Assembly (NCBI GenBank): GCA_016185505.1
Contig: JACPNL010000019.1
Coordinates: 2,885 to 66,884 of the forward strand
Origin: Candidatus Yanofskybacteria bacterium
Lineage (GTDB): Bacteria > Patescibacteriota > Minisyncoccia > 2-02-FULL-40-12 > GWA2-44-9
DNA: 64,000 nt
Direction: 5' to 3'
Shown here: positions 52,721-63,366 of the stretch, one piece after another
Layout of the letters: each line of letters begins with the position of its first letter
How positions within the stretch are numbered: the stretch's first letter is position 1
Made by a program: the position numbers and the translations under genes
Notes under the pieces: model-generated
What the model was told of the DNA's origin: nothing
Databases searched by the model: none
The model's input: only the letters and a program-made list of their open reading frames with translations

Positions 52721-53570
52721 GGACTCAAATATCCGCAAGACATGGTTATTGATGACCGTGTTTTTGGTTTTGATAATTTTTATCGGATGGATTTTCGGCT
52801 ACGTGTATAATTCGCCCGGAATATTGTATTTTGCCGTATTTTTGGCGGTGTTTATGAATTTTTTCGCTTATTGGTATTCCGACAAGGTCGCTTTAGCTAT
52901 GTCGGGCGCGAAGCCGGCATCTCGCGAGACGCATCTGGAACTTTTCCGCGTTGTTGAGAATTTGTCAATTACTGCCGGATTGCCGATGCCGAGGGTGTAT
53001 ATAATGCATAGCCCGCAGATAAACGCTTTTGCTACCGGCAGAAATCCTGAACACGCCGCGGTTGCCGTGACAGAGGGAGCGCTAATGAAATTAAATAAAA
53101 ATGAATTAGAGGGGGTAATGGCCCACGAACTCTCGCATATCGGCAACAGAGATATTCTTATTTCAACCGTTGTTGTTGTTCTGGCTGGACTTATAGCTAT
53201 TCTGGCTGACTGGTTTTTGCGGATGAGTATTTTTGGAAATTTCAGCAGGGGAAACGATAACAGACAAGGAGGAGCGATAATTTTATTGCTTGGCATTGCC
53301 GTGGCCATAGTTATGCCGCTGATCGCGACAATAATTCGTTTGGCGGTTTCACGAAAAAGAGAATTTCTTGCCGACGCATCGGGCGCTTTGCTAACGCGTT
53401 ATCCCGAAGGCCTTGCCGGCGCGCTTGAAAAAATCGCTCACGACGAAACACCTATGCGCCATGCTCACAGCGGAACGGCGCACCTTTTTATCTCTAACCC
53501 ATTTAAGGGTAAGCAAAAAACCAGCTGGTTCGCCCGACTATTTCTCACGCATCCCCCTTGTGGTGTATGA
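52698..53570 (+). CDS. htpX: Zinc metalloprotease HtpX (last helix apparently missing)
   Basis: NAFATGR, HELSH, SRKREFLAD and THPP motifs, followed by an abrupt CGV*. Confidence 0.93.
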   Translation: MANLYQHKDSNIRKTWLLMTVFLVLIIFIGWIFGYVYNSPGILYFAVFLAVFMNFFAYWYSDKVALAMSGAKPASRETHLELFRVVENLSITAGLPMPRVYIMHSPQINAFATGRNPEHAAVAVTEGALMKLNKNELEGVMAHELSHIGNRDILISTVVVVLAGLIAILADWFLRMSIFGNFSRGNDNRQGGAIILLLGIAVAIVMPLIATIIRLAVSRKREFLADASGALLTRYPEGLAGALEKIAHDETPMRHAHSGTAHLFISNPFKGKQKTSWFARLFLTHPPCGV

Positions 53571-53770
53571 ATACTAATATTGTGGGACAATATCAAAATC
53601 TGGTCAAAGAGCAAGAAAAGTTAAGAAAAACGCTTAAAGACAACGAGCGTAAGCTTTTGTTTCTTAAACAATATCTGAAACATGTTGAGGATATAAAAAT
53701 TAGTCGAAACCAAATTAAGAATAAAAAACTAATTTCACAGGAGGAACTGTTTAATGAACTTGGAATCTAA
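53567..53770 (+). CDS. Putative antitoxin
   Basis: Small ORF ending ISQEELFNELGI and overlapping a RelE-like gene. Confidence 0.65.
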   Translation: MNTNIVGQYQNLVKEQEKLRKTLKDNERKLLFLKQYLKHVEDIKISRNQIKNKKLISQEELFNELGI

Positions 53771-54029
53771 GTGGAAGATAAAGTATACCGATAATGCCGC
53801 GGATGATTTAAGAAAACTGCCCGAAAAATTACAGAGGCGCATCGCCGAGAAGATGCGTTTCTTTGTTTTATCAAGCGCCATGATTGTGCATGCCAAAAAA
53901 TTGAAAGATAATAAATATGGCACTTATCGTCTTCGTGTGGGTGACTATCGTGTTATTTTTGATAAAAATGATAAAACAAAAGAGTTATATGTTCTTAAAA
54001 TAGGCAAAAGAGACGAAGTGTATAAATAA
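53754..54029 (+). CDS. RelE/ParE family toxin
   Basis: YRLRVGDYRVIF and IGKRDEVYK motifs. Confidence 0.9.
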   Translation: MNLESKWKIKYTDNAADDLRKLPEKLQRRIAEKMRFFVLSSAMIVHAKKLKDNKYGTYRLRVGDYRVIFDKNDKTKELYVLKIGKRDEVYK

Positions 54030-54030
54030 T

Positions 54031-54116
54031 GGAGGGGTGTACCGAATGGTAAGGTACCCGCTTGGAAAGCGGGCGCCCGCAAGGGCTTGCAGGTTCGACT
54101 CCTGTCCCCTCCGCCA
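54031..54116 (+). tRNA. tRNA-Ser(GGA)
   Basis: CCCGC-TTGGAAA-GCGGG anticodon arm, long variable arm, GTTCGACTC and CCA end. Confidence 0.96.
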
Positions 54117-54348
54117 GTTAGGATTTCGCAAGCCAGAGGAAGCCCCGCCTCGCTTCGCTCGGCGGCTAATTTGTATTGTTTTTTGGGCGAAAAGGAAAAG
54201 GATTTATTAATGAAGGGCAAAAGAACTTTTTTCATCAATTTTTTATAAGACTTAGTAAATAGCCTAAATAATGTCTAACGAGGTTGACGGACACAAGGAA
54301 TAGTCGTACTTTAAGCGTAATTTAGCTCATTGATAATGAGGGAAAGCC

Positions 54349-57300
54349 GTGCGAATCAAAAGCGTTTTTTTGATCCCGTTGGTTGTTGGTCGCGTAAAGC
54401 AACGTGGTCGCCACGCGACTTTACGTTGTTGGTTGCCGTGCCCTGTACTGTGCTTTGCTCTGGTACTGGGGTTGGCCATTAACTCTGCTTATGCTCAACT
54501 CGGGCAGTTCGGCAAGAACAATGTTCGTTATAACCAGCTGGACAAATTCTATAAATCATATCGATTTGATGTTCGGCACAACCTTGATACTAACGATCCG
54601 GTCCAGAAAGAATATCTGGAAATGGTCGTTGCTAATCTGGAGAACGCCCGTGATCGGATGAGCGGCCAGCAGTTTTATAACCATACGATAAAAAAAAGAA
54701 TTCCTATTTTTCTGTACAAGACCCATGCCGATATGGAGTCAAGTAATCTTGTCGGCGGGTTTTTGCCCGAAGGAGTCGGCGCGTTTGTGGAATGCGGAAG
54801 AAGGCGGGAAGTGCTTAAGGCCGATTTTTCAAAACCGTTGAGCCGAGCTATTGGTGTTCACGAGTTGGCGCATGAATTTCAGTGTGACATTTTGGATCCC
54901 GGTTTTGTTGATAAGGTAATGAATAACCGGCGCCCTCTTTGGTTTCATGAAGGCGGAGCTGAATTTATCGCCGGCCTGTACGAGCCGCATACGCGGGATG
55001 ACATTAGAAGGGATGGCCAGCGTATTGCTTCTTCTGACAGGCACTTTATTCCTACATGGGAAGCATGCAATCAAGGACGAGCAAATCCATATTCAGAGTG
55101 CGAAATGATTTTCGAATTGCTTGAGGAAAAATTTAGCGCGGGAGTGGCGTTTCAGGTTCAGGGATTCAAGCAGATCAAAGTCGGACTTGGCGAATTGCTT
55201 TATGACCTTACCAAAGGCGAACTTGGCAATCCGGATGTTGATTCCGAAAAGTTCAATCAAGGGATAACTCGTTTCTGGATGGACAAGTATGAGGACGAGT
55301 TTAATGCTCGGCCAAAGCCCGATGAAAAGAACGACAACTTTGAGGGACGTCTCGTTATGCCATGGGGTCATTCTGCTCCGATGAGCTCGCCACGCGTTTC
55401 ACTGGACGGTAAGCAACTCGCGGTGTTTACTGTTTTTAAGTATGGTGTGGGGTTAGGGAAGTACGAAATACCCAAAGATAAGATTTATGTTTCTAAAGAA
55501 GAAAGAGAAAAGTTAGCAGACGCAAACCAGGCCTTTGGTCCGAACGGCCATGAGCTGGTAAATCTTACGCCACAGCTTCCTCCTATTCCGTGGGAAGGAG
55601 TTATTAGTCAACTTGAGACATGGTCTTTTAACGGTTTTGACGAGAGCTGGTCTCCCGATGGAAGTAAGATGGCGTTTTTTGCCAAAACCAAAGATCACGC
55701 GCTGATGCTTATTGACGCCGAGACGGGTGATGTATTGAGAAAAATTGAATTGCCGCTTGATCAGGCATTCTCACCGTCATTTGCGTCGAATGGAGAGTCG
55801 CTGGTTTTCTCGGCGGCAAAGGATACCACGAGAGACATTTATATGATTAAACTTGAGAGCGGAGAATTTGAAAATCTAACTAAAGATGCCCGATATGACA
55901 CCGCGCCGCAGTTCAGTTCGGTGGAAGGAAAAGTTGTATATGTCGGTTCCGATGGCGATTTCCAGCACCTCTTTCTGATGGATTTGAGCAACGGCAATGA
56001 TCGTATTACGATCGAGCAGCTTACATTCGGCGATTTCAACGATAGCTGGCCGAGCTGGTCGGATGACGGCTCAACGATCGTTTACGCTTCGGACGAAGCT
56101 GACGGGATTTGGAATCTGTACACTCTTGAACTGTCTACACGAACAGTCAGGCAATGGACCGAATTTCTTTTGGGGTCAAAGACGCCCGTCTTTGCCAAAG
56201 GGACGACGGATACCGTTTACCACGTATCAGCCGCGGAAGATACTCAAAGCGGCGGTGTGTTTGACAAGGTTTTTGAGGCGAAGTTAAAAAAGCCGATCCG
56301 GGAATACACGGTTCGGGACACGGGATCGGCTGGAACGTATGTTTTCAATCCTTCGCGTGATTTGATCAAGTTTGAGCTTGATGAAAATCAACTTCTCAAC
56401 CCGACGCCGGCGCCGGAACAATGGGAATGCGGAGGCGGCGAAGTCGCTTTTGGCGCCAGTACTTATTGGGGAATAGTTAGTCAGGGTTTTGTCAGGTGTT
56501 CCAACATCCTTGAGACCAAACATCATCTTGGTCGATATGTTTCATACTACGGTATTAATATTTTTGACTATTCAAACATAAACCAAGAGAAACGTACGAC
56601 TTGGCTTTGGGGCATCAGCCACAATCAAATGCCTCTCTCTTATCGGCACTACGATATAGCGAAAAGATTTCCCAAACAGCCCATTCTTAACCGGACGTGG
56701 GTCAAAGAGTCGTCGCTTAATCTTTCTGCCGCGTATCCATTCAGCAAGTTCAAACGTTTGGAGCTTTACTCGAAACTCCGTCATCGCTCGTTCGCCAACG
56801 TTCTTAATCCCGACGAGCTTTCTGTTGATGACTTGCAAGTAAAAAGATTCCTTGACAACTCAACCGGTTCTAATTTTGTTTTTGGCACGGCTTATGTTCG
56901 AGATACGGTTCTGTCCTCCGGCAACACCTGGGGGCCATTCCATGGTAACGCGCTTCGGGCGCAGATTGAATTCGCGCCGCCATTGGGCGAGGAATTTCAG
57001 GGTTACACGTCCGTGAACATTTCGGGTAGAACTTATCGGCATCTTGGATCAAATTCGTTGTTTGCTGGCCGAGTCGATTTGATGGCTAACACGAGAGCCA
57101 ATGGCGATTATATACTGTTTGGCGGACCGGAATTCGGGCGTGGCGCCGAATACGGTGGTATTATCTGTAACCAATGCGCCTACGCCAGCATGGAATTGAG
57201 ATTCCCGATCCCGGGGACATATCTTCTGGGTGCACCAGTAAGAGCATTTCTATATGACGATATGGCTGTGGCCAGATTTAGTGACGAAAGATTTCCTGTC

Positions 57301-57429
57301 CAAAAATTCAATATACCCGGGATGGGTGTTCAGTTCTTTATTCCGTTCGTGGGTTTGCCCGCCCAGATGACGTGGCGGCTGGAAGATAAGAGGTTGATAC
57401 CGACTTTCTATGTTGCTATGCCCTGGTAG
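54349..57429 (+). CDS. Gluzincin-like HExxH domain plus PD40/TolB-like propeller plus putative Omp85/BamA-like C-terminal barrel
   Basis: QFGKNNVRY, VHELAHEF, WFHEGGAE, repeated WSPDG/PSW motifs, GPFHG..LR, ASMELRFP and a terminal aromatic residue. Confidence 0.75.
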   Translation: MRIKSVFLIPLVVGRVKQRGRHATLRCWLPCPVLCFALVLGLAINSAYAQLGQFGKNNVRYNQLDKFYKSYRFDVRHNLDTNDPVQKEYLEMVVANLENARDRMSGQQFYNHTIKKRIPIFLYKTHADMESSNLVGGFLPEGVGAFVECGRRREVLKADFSKPLSRAIGVHELAHEFQCDILDPGFVDKVMNNRRPLWFHEGGAEFIAGLYEPHTRDDIRRDGQRIASSDRHFIPTWEACNQGRANPYSECEMIFELLEEKFSAGVAFQVQGFKQIKVGLGELLYDLTKGELGNPDVDSEKFNQGITRFWMDKYEDEFNARPKPDEKNDNFEGRLVMPWGHSAPMSSPRVSLDGKQLAVFTVFKYGVGLGKYEIPKDKIYVSKEEREKLADANQAFGPNGHELVNLTPQLPPIPWEGVISQLETWSFNGFDESWSPDGSKMAFFAKTKDHALMLIDAETGDVLRKIELPLDQAFSPSFASNGESLVFSAAKDTTRDIYMIKLESGEFENLTKDARYDTAPQFSSVEGKVVYVGSDGDFQHLFLMDLSNGNDRITIEQLTFGDFNDSWPSWSDDGSTIVYASDEADGIWNLYTLELSTRTVRQWTEFLLGSKTPVFAKGTTDTVYHVSAAEDTQSGGVFDKVFEAKLKKPIREYTVRDTGSAGTYVFNPSRDLIKFELDENQLLNPTPAPEQWECGGGEVAFGASTYWGIVSQGFVRCSNILETKHHLGRYVSYYGINIFDYSNINQEKRTTWLWGISHNQMPLSYRHYDIAKRFPKQPILNRTWVKESSLNLSAAYPFSKFKRLELYSKLRHRSFANVLNPDELSVDDLQVKRFLDNSTGSNFVFGTAYVRDTVLSSGNTWGPFHGNALRAQIEFAPPLGEEFQGYTSVNISGRTYRHLGSNSLFAGRVDLMANTRANGDYILFGGPEFGRGAEYGGIICNQCAYASMELRFPIPGTYLLGAPVRAFLYDDMAVARFSDERFPVQKFNIPGMGVQFFIPFVGLPAQMTWRLEDKRLIPTFYVAMPW

Positions 57430-57682
57430 AAATTAAGAAATTCAGAAATAAAGACATTAAGTAATTAGTGAGGTCGAACCTCCCTCGGGAGGTTCGACCC
57501 CTAACCCTCGCTCTTGCGGGGGTTTTTAATTAATGAATTTTCCTATCATTATGATACGATGGTGTATCATAGTAAATGGGCAAGGCGACTTGCCCATTTA
57601 CTTTTAGCGAGATGTGGCGCGGGGTTGCTACCCATAAATTATTGGTATAGAGTTATGAAAAGTTCATTTACAAGGATTGATA

Positions 57683-58351
57683 ATGAGAAAAGGCCTTGTT
57701 TTAGCGCTGATTGTTTTCTTTTTCTGTACCAACTTTGCCAGAGCCGATACGCCGCCCGCGGTGAGCTTGTCGAAGCCGTTTCCGGCGAATTGTTCCGTGC
57801 CGATTCCCGATATGAGCAACTGGCCAATTATTCGAAAAACGCGCGTCGAATTTCGTATTTCCGACGAGACGCCGGCTTATCTCGGCGCGGCTATTGAATA
57901 TAAGAATTATCGCGGCTCTGCTGATTTCGGAGAATTTATACAGATGTTCGGTCGCCATACTCCTTTTATACCTCAAAGGCAAAAACCGGACGAGCAATCA
58001 TTTTTTCAGACCGCGGCTTTTCTTTATGCTCAACAGGAAGAAGAGACAACCCTCCGGCAGCTTGACAAACAAATTGACCCGATTCTTTATATAAGATGGC
58101 GGGTCAAAACAGATCAGCGCGTCAACGGAGACAAATTGGACGCGGATGTTGACGTATGGTTTTTACAGTCAAACGGACGATGTTTATTTGCTCAAAATGA
58201 AAAAATATCCATTCAGTTGCTGACAGAAAGTATGGGAGACGGCGAATCGCGTAATGTTTTTGCCGGAGTCAGATACAAAATAGACGATCTCTCTCATATT
58301 CTAAAAGCTGATCGCCGTGATATTGCTAACTTGATGAACGGAGGCCGCTAA
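57683..58351 (+). CDS. Secreted hypothetical protein
   Basis: Signal peptide ending ARA; coupled (TAATG) to the next gene. Confidence 0.7.
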   Translation: MRKGLVLALIVFFFCTNFARADTPPAVSLSKPFPANCSVPIPDMSNWPIIRKTRVEFRISDETPAYLGAAIEYKNYRGSADFGEFIQMFGRHTPFIPQRQKPDEQSFFQTAAFLYAQQEEETTLRQLDKQIDPILYIRWRVKTDQRVNGDKLDADVDVWFLQSNGRCLFAQNEKISIQLLTESMGDGESRNVFAGVRYKIDDLSHILKADRRDIANLMNGGR

Positions 58352-59730
58352 TGACTAAAACATTGCGTCTTTCATTTGTTTCCTATCTCCTAATTCCTAT
58401 CTCCTGTTTCCTGCTTTTGTCCGGTTGCGCCGGCAAAAAGATCAAAATAGACCCGAGTAACCCCGTTTATGGGCCAAAGAACGATTTTGAACGAGATTAC
58501 GGTTTCTTTATTACTCCGGATGAGAAGAAAAACGGTTATGCCGCGGGGTTTTGCCTCGGGTTGGCGAGACCGGAAACGATTCAACCGTTTAATGAAATTG
58601 ACACACTGGCAGAGTTTCGCAAGTTTGAAAAATGCTTCTGGGATATACGGGATACTAATACGCAAACTTCGCAGAATGAATTTAAGGTGTTGATCGACGG
58701 CCGACTCAAAGATATCGAAAACGAGATCTTTGCTTCTGATATTGATATTCCGGGTACGCGTTTTCAGGGTCCCAGCGGCGGCCTGAAGGGGGACTTGGCC
58801 CATGTTTATCTGCTCTGGGGCGCGCCTGCGCCGGGCAATAAAGCAAAATTGAATAAGGGCAGTTATCATACCGAATTGACGGTTTGGTATTATTTTTTCA
58901 ACAACAGGGTTTTATTCAGTTTTCTCTTCTATAATGATCATGGCCGAGTCCGGTTGTTTAAGGAATATGGGGCCTTGTTTGGGCTGGATCTTTTTGATCC
59001 GCTGGCTTCTCCTTTGCGATTGATCGGCAATCGGCCGGCTAATACACGGGAAGAGATGATGGAGATTTGGAATGAACTTGAATATAATGATCCGGAAGAA
59101 ATATTTAGAAACGCTTTGTTTAGATTCTCGTCCTACAAGGACTGGGTGGTTGAGAACGGAAACGGCAAAGACAAATTTGGGGCTATTGATCCTCCCATAC
59201 CGATAATGCTGGCCGCGAAACGGTTTAGGCCAACAATTTTAGGTCAGCCGAATATCCCCGAAGGAACGGAGTTGTTCGAAAACGGGTATCACTCGTTTAT
59301 TCCGGTAGATCTCCAGATCGCCGCCGATCCGATCGGGGGCAGACCTTCTTTCTCGTTTACGGTGGCTTATGCCGACCTGGACTGGGAGGTTAAAGATAAA
59401 ACAGCCGAAGCGGTTCTGAATGTCAGGATCAGTTTTCAAAATAAGAAAACCCGAGCTCTGGATGAATTTGAAACCAGGGTAGTATTTAAGGGGCCGCGGC
59501 AAGCCGTTGAGTCCTTGATTCGCGGAAAGAATCCCAAAACAGGCGAACCAAATTCCAGAACAGTTGATCTGAATGGGATGATGAATTTTGCGGCCGGTAA
59601 GGATCAAGCCACTCTGCGCCAGTTGATCGATGGATTTGAACAGAGCGAGTATGTGGTCAATATCTACTTCCAGCACACTCTCACTAAGAAATACAATACT
59701 TGGCGAGAAGAGATAGAAATTAAGAAATAG
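58351..59730 (+). CDS. Lipoprotein with a divergent GWxTD-like domain
   Basis: Lipobox LSGC; FWDIRD...NEF......RL...GLKGDLAHVYLLWGAP...WYY resembles the GWxTD pattern. Confidence 0.65.
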   Translation: MTKTLRLSFVSYLLIPISCFLLLSGCAGKKIKIDPSNPVYGPKNDFERDYGFFITPDEKKNGYAAGFCLGLARPETIQPFNEIDTLAEFRKFEKCFWDIRDTNTQTSQNEFKVLIDGRLKDIENEIFASDIDIPGTRFQGPSGGLKGDLAHVYLLWGAPAPGNKAKLNKGSYHTELTVWYYFFNNRVLFSFLFYNDHGRVRLFKEYGALFGLDLFDPLASPLRLIGNRPANTREEMMEIWNELEYNDPEEIFRNALFRFSSYKDWVVENGNGKDKFGAIDPPIPIMLAAKRFRPTILGQPNIPEGTELFENGYHSFIPVDLQIAADPIGGRPSFSFTVAYADLDWEVKDKTAEAVLNVRISFQNKKTRALDEFETRVVFKGPRQAVESLIRGKNPKTGEPNSRTVDLNGMMNFAAGKDQATLRQLIDGFEQSEYVVNIYFQHTLTKKYNTWREEIEIKK

Positions 59731-59914
59731 AGAAATTTAGATATTAAGATATTAAGAAATTCCCTGCGGGGAATTTTTTCTGGACATTTTTTATGCATTG
59801 GTATATAATTGAATAACATTTAAATATTCAGGCATCTCAAAGGGACCAAAAGTCCTTTATAATAAATACTTTCTTAAGTATTAGTATATTCGCACAAATT
59901 CGTAATTCGTAGAT

Positions 59915-61968
59915 ATGGATAATGTTTCTAAAATTAAGGATCGCTTAAGCGTGGTTGATGTCATTTCCGGGTACCTGAAACTCCAAAAAGCCGGAGCGAA
60001 TTTCAAGGCCTCTTGTCCTTTTCACAACGAAAAAACGCCATCGTTTTTCATATCTCCCGAACGCCAGACGTGGAAGTGTTTTGGTTGTTCCAAGGGTGGT
60101 TCGATCTTCGATTTTGTAATGGAGATGGAGGGGGTTGAGTTTCCCGAGGCATTGAGAATACTTGCCGCAAAGGCAGGCATAGAACTGGAAAAGTTTGACT
60201 CTACCATCAAGGACTCAAAAGATCGCCTCTATCAAATATGCGAGTCATCAGCCCGGTTTTTCGAAAAGCAATTAAGCTATTCCGGCGCGGGCCGACGAGC
60301 TATTGAATATTTGAAAAGCAGAGGGCTCCAGGAGACAACGATGGCAAAATTCCGTCTTGGGTTCGCGCCCGATACATGGGATGCATTGAGCGGATATTTA
60401 CGCAATTCTGGTTTTACTGAAAAAGAGATAGTGGATGCGGGAGTAGTGGTCAAAAGACAACCAACAACCAACAACCAACAACAGGGATCTACGACAGGTT
60501 TCGTTCGCGCATAATGTTTCCTGTTTCGGATGCTAACGGCAGGGTTGTGGGGTTCACTGGCCGCATCTTTGAAGACAAGGTCCCGACGCGCGAAGTGGTC
60601 GGGACCCCGACTTCTGATTTTGATCAAGCCACAAAGGGGCTCGACAACAGTCAGAGCGTCGTGGCCAAATATATCAATACCCCGCAGACGCTTATCTATG
60701 ACAAAAGCAGGATACTTTACGGCCTTGACCATTCCCGAACCGACATCAGAAAAAAGGATAAATGTCTTCTTGTAGAAGGCAATATGGACGCCATCATGTC
60801 TTATCAGGCTGGTGTGACGCACGTGGTTGCTTCATCGGGAACCGCTCTTACGCCGATGCATCTTGCCATCCTGAAAAGATTTACTAACAATCTGGACTTC
60901 TGCTTTGATACGGATTCTGCCGGAGTGATGGCGACCAAAAGGGGTATAGCAATAGCGCTCGGACAGGATTTTAACGTCAAGGCGGTCTCACTTGACGACC
61001 CCGTAAAATCGTCTAAAGACGATCACGGGGCAAGATGCAAGGACCCCGCTGATTATATTCAGAGGTACGGAAGCAACCTCGCCGCTTCGGGTCCCGGAGT
61101 GGGATCCCAAGCACTCCTTGGGAACTCTGTCGGGGCAAGCTGGATAGAAGTGGTTGAAAAAGCGAAGCCGGTCGTGGAATTCTACTTTGATAAAGCCAAA
61201 GAAAGTTATAATCCCGAATCGGCGGAAAGTAAAAAGAATGTCATCTTGACCGTTGCTCCTTTCGTCAAGCGGCTTGTCAGCAACGTGGAGAGAACTCACT
61301 GGGTGAACCAGTTGGCGTATCTGCTTCGTGTGAAAGAAGAGGCCGTTGAGGCAGATATAAGGGATGCTCCTGATATTGATGTTGGCTATGTTGGAAGTGT
61401 TCGAAACGTTGGAAATGACAACTCGAACAACTCGAACAAGCCAGCAGGCGATCAAACAAGCGAAGCAGGGTACAGTCCTGTACCCCGCGAAGCGGTCGAA
61501 CAAGTGTTGAACGAGGCTCTATTATCCCTTGTTGTTAAAAAACCGGTATTATTCAAACAAGAAATCATGACGCTTGATAAAAGTTTTTTAAACCCGTTGG
61601 CATCACAAGTTCTTGATGAGTTGGCGAAGGAAGACCTGGAGCAATTCAATTTCAGCAATTTCATAAAAAAATTCGATTCGGATCCCGAACAACAGCAAGT
61701 TGTATACGGGGCAGGTAAAACACTTGATGTAGAATTTGTTTATCTAAGATCGCAAGCATTGTGGGACGATTTCAAAGATGACGAACTTAAAATGGAATTT
61801 AAAAATATATTCAATAAATTAAAACAAAAAACGATCCATTTGCGTCTTGCCGATCTCGGGTACGAAATGAGAGCGGCAGAAGCGGTTGGAGATAGAGCAA
61901 AGATAGGCGAACTCGCGTCGGTGTTTAATAAGTTGGCGGGGGAGTTGGCGGAGATACACAAAATTTAA
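59915..61968 (+). CDS. dnaG: DNA primase, split by a frameshift in a 7-mer tandem repeat (60457-60483)
   Basis: CPFHNEKTPSF Zn finger in the first frame. YDRFRSRIMFP, KYINTP, VEGNMD and FDTDSAG lie in the -1 frame. Confidence 0.93.
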
Positions 61969-62069
61969 ATCAAATATCAAATATCAAAAATCAAAACGAC
62001 AAATCAAAATTCAAAATTTCTAATCTTTCATATGTATTTCTAATCTTTGATATTTAATTTTTAATTTAT
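61966..62069. repeat. Periodic-repeat hairpin element, family B
   Basis: CAAATATCAAATATCAAAAATCAAAACGACA...TTTGATATTTAATTTTTAATTT fills the dnaG-rpoD spacer. Confidence 0.75.
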
Positions 62070-62075
62070 ATAATC

Positions 62076-63332
62076 ATGTCTAAATCAAAAAAACATCATA
62101 AAAAAAGGAGTGTCAAAAAGTTGATAAAGAGGAGAACGTCCCGGCCGAAAAAAATTACCAAGAAAGTCAAAAAGGCTAAAGCCAAAGGAACCCATCCTTC
62201 GCTAAAGCTACGGAGGGCAAAGAAAAAGTCGGGAGCAAAAAAAGCAGGCGCAAAACTCGGCGAGAGCGCCATTTTGGCTTTGATAGAGAAGGGGAAACAT
62301 CGGGGCTTCGTTACACAGTCCGAGGTTTTGAATTCTTTTCCCGAGGTTGAGAGAGATATCAAGGGCCTTGAGATGTTGTACGAACGGCTTGAGTCGTCGA
62401 ATATCAATATCATAGAATCAGGCAAGGTTTTTGAAGAAGAAAAGACCAAAGAATATGAGGAAAAGAAAAAGATACAAGAAGAGTTCGGCGAATCAGCGGT
62501 ATCTGATTCGGTCCAGATGTATCTTAAAGAAATAGGCCAGTATCCTTTGCTGACCGGAGACGAAGAAGTGGAATTAGCCAAAAGAATAGCGAAGGACGAT
62601 GAGGCGGCCAGGCAGCGTTTGGCGGTATCCAATTTGCGCCTCGTCGTATCAATAGCGAAAAAATACGTCGGCCGCTCGGCAAATCTGACCTTGCTGGATT
62701 TGATACAAGAAGGGAACATAGGCCTGTTCAAAGCGGTTGAAAAATTTGATTACAAAAAGGGCTTCAAATTCTCGACTTACGCGACCTGGTGGATACGCCA
62801 AGCCATAACCCGCGCTCTTGCCGATCAGGGCAGGACCATCCGCATTCCTGTGCATATGGTGGAGACGATAAACAAATACCAGCAGGTGGTGCGTCGGCTT
62901 GTGCAGGATTTAGGCCGAGACCCGCTTCCGGAGGAAGTAGCTTCGGAAATGGGCGTTGAAGTGGAGAAGATCAGGCATATTCAGAAGATATCGCAAGAAA
63001 CGGTCTCGCTTGAAGCGCCGGTAGGGGAGGACGATGACAGCGATAGCGCGCTGGAAAGTTTTATCCCCGATGAGGATACCATTTCTCCTTCAACTTCAGC
63101 CGCGAGGAAAATCCTCAAAACATATTTGAATGAAATAATCAGTGATCTGACTCCGAGGGAGCAGAAGATACTTGATATGCGATTTGGCCTCGGCGATGGC
63201 GTGACCCACACCCTTGAAGAAGTGGGCAAGGTTTTTGTTGTCACCCGCGAGCGTATCAGGCAGATAGAAGCCAAGGCGCTTGAGAAGATTCGCCAGCATA
63301 CCAAACTCGGAAAACTCAAGGGATACGAATAA
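62076..63332 (+). CDS. rpoD: RNA polymerase primary sigma factor
   Basis: [35 protein letters not shown] and [13 protein letters not shown] motifs. Confidence 0.97.
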   Translation: MSKSKKHHKKRSVKKLIKRRTSRPKKITKKVKKAKAKGTHPSLKLRRAKKKSGAKKAGAKLGESAILALIEKGKHRGFVTQSEVLNSFPEVERDIKGLEMLYERLESSNINIIESGKVFEEEKTKEYEEKKKIQEEFGESAVSDSVQMYLKEIGQYPLLTGDEEVELAKRIAKDDEAARQRLAVSNLRLVVSIAKKYVGRSANLTLLDLIQEGNIGLFKAVEKFDYKKGFKFSTYATWWIRQAITRALADQGRTIRIPVHMVETINKYQQVVRRLVQDLGRDPLPEEVASEMGVEVEKIRHIQKISQETVSLEAPVGEDDDSDSALESFIPDEDTISPSTSAARKILKTYLNEIISDLTPREQKILDMRFGLGDGVTHTLEEVGKVFVVTRERIRQIEAKALEKIRQHTKLGKLKGYE

Positions 63333-63366
63333 AAATCAGCCCCGATTGGGGCTGATTTTATTTTTG
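63331..63366. terminator. Bidirectional terminator between rpoD and mscS
   Basis: AAAATCAGCCCC-GATT-GGGGCTGATTTT. Confidence 0.8.

Noticed and set aside
60415..60515. Programmed -1 ribosomal frameshift in dnaG
   Set aside because: No canonical X XXY YYZ slippery heptamer with a downstream stimulator in the overlap. Repeat-unit change explains the shift more simply.
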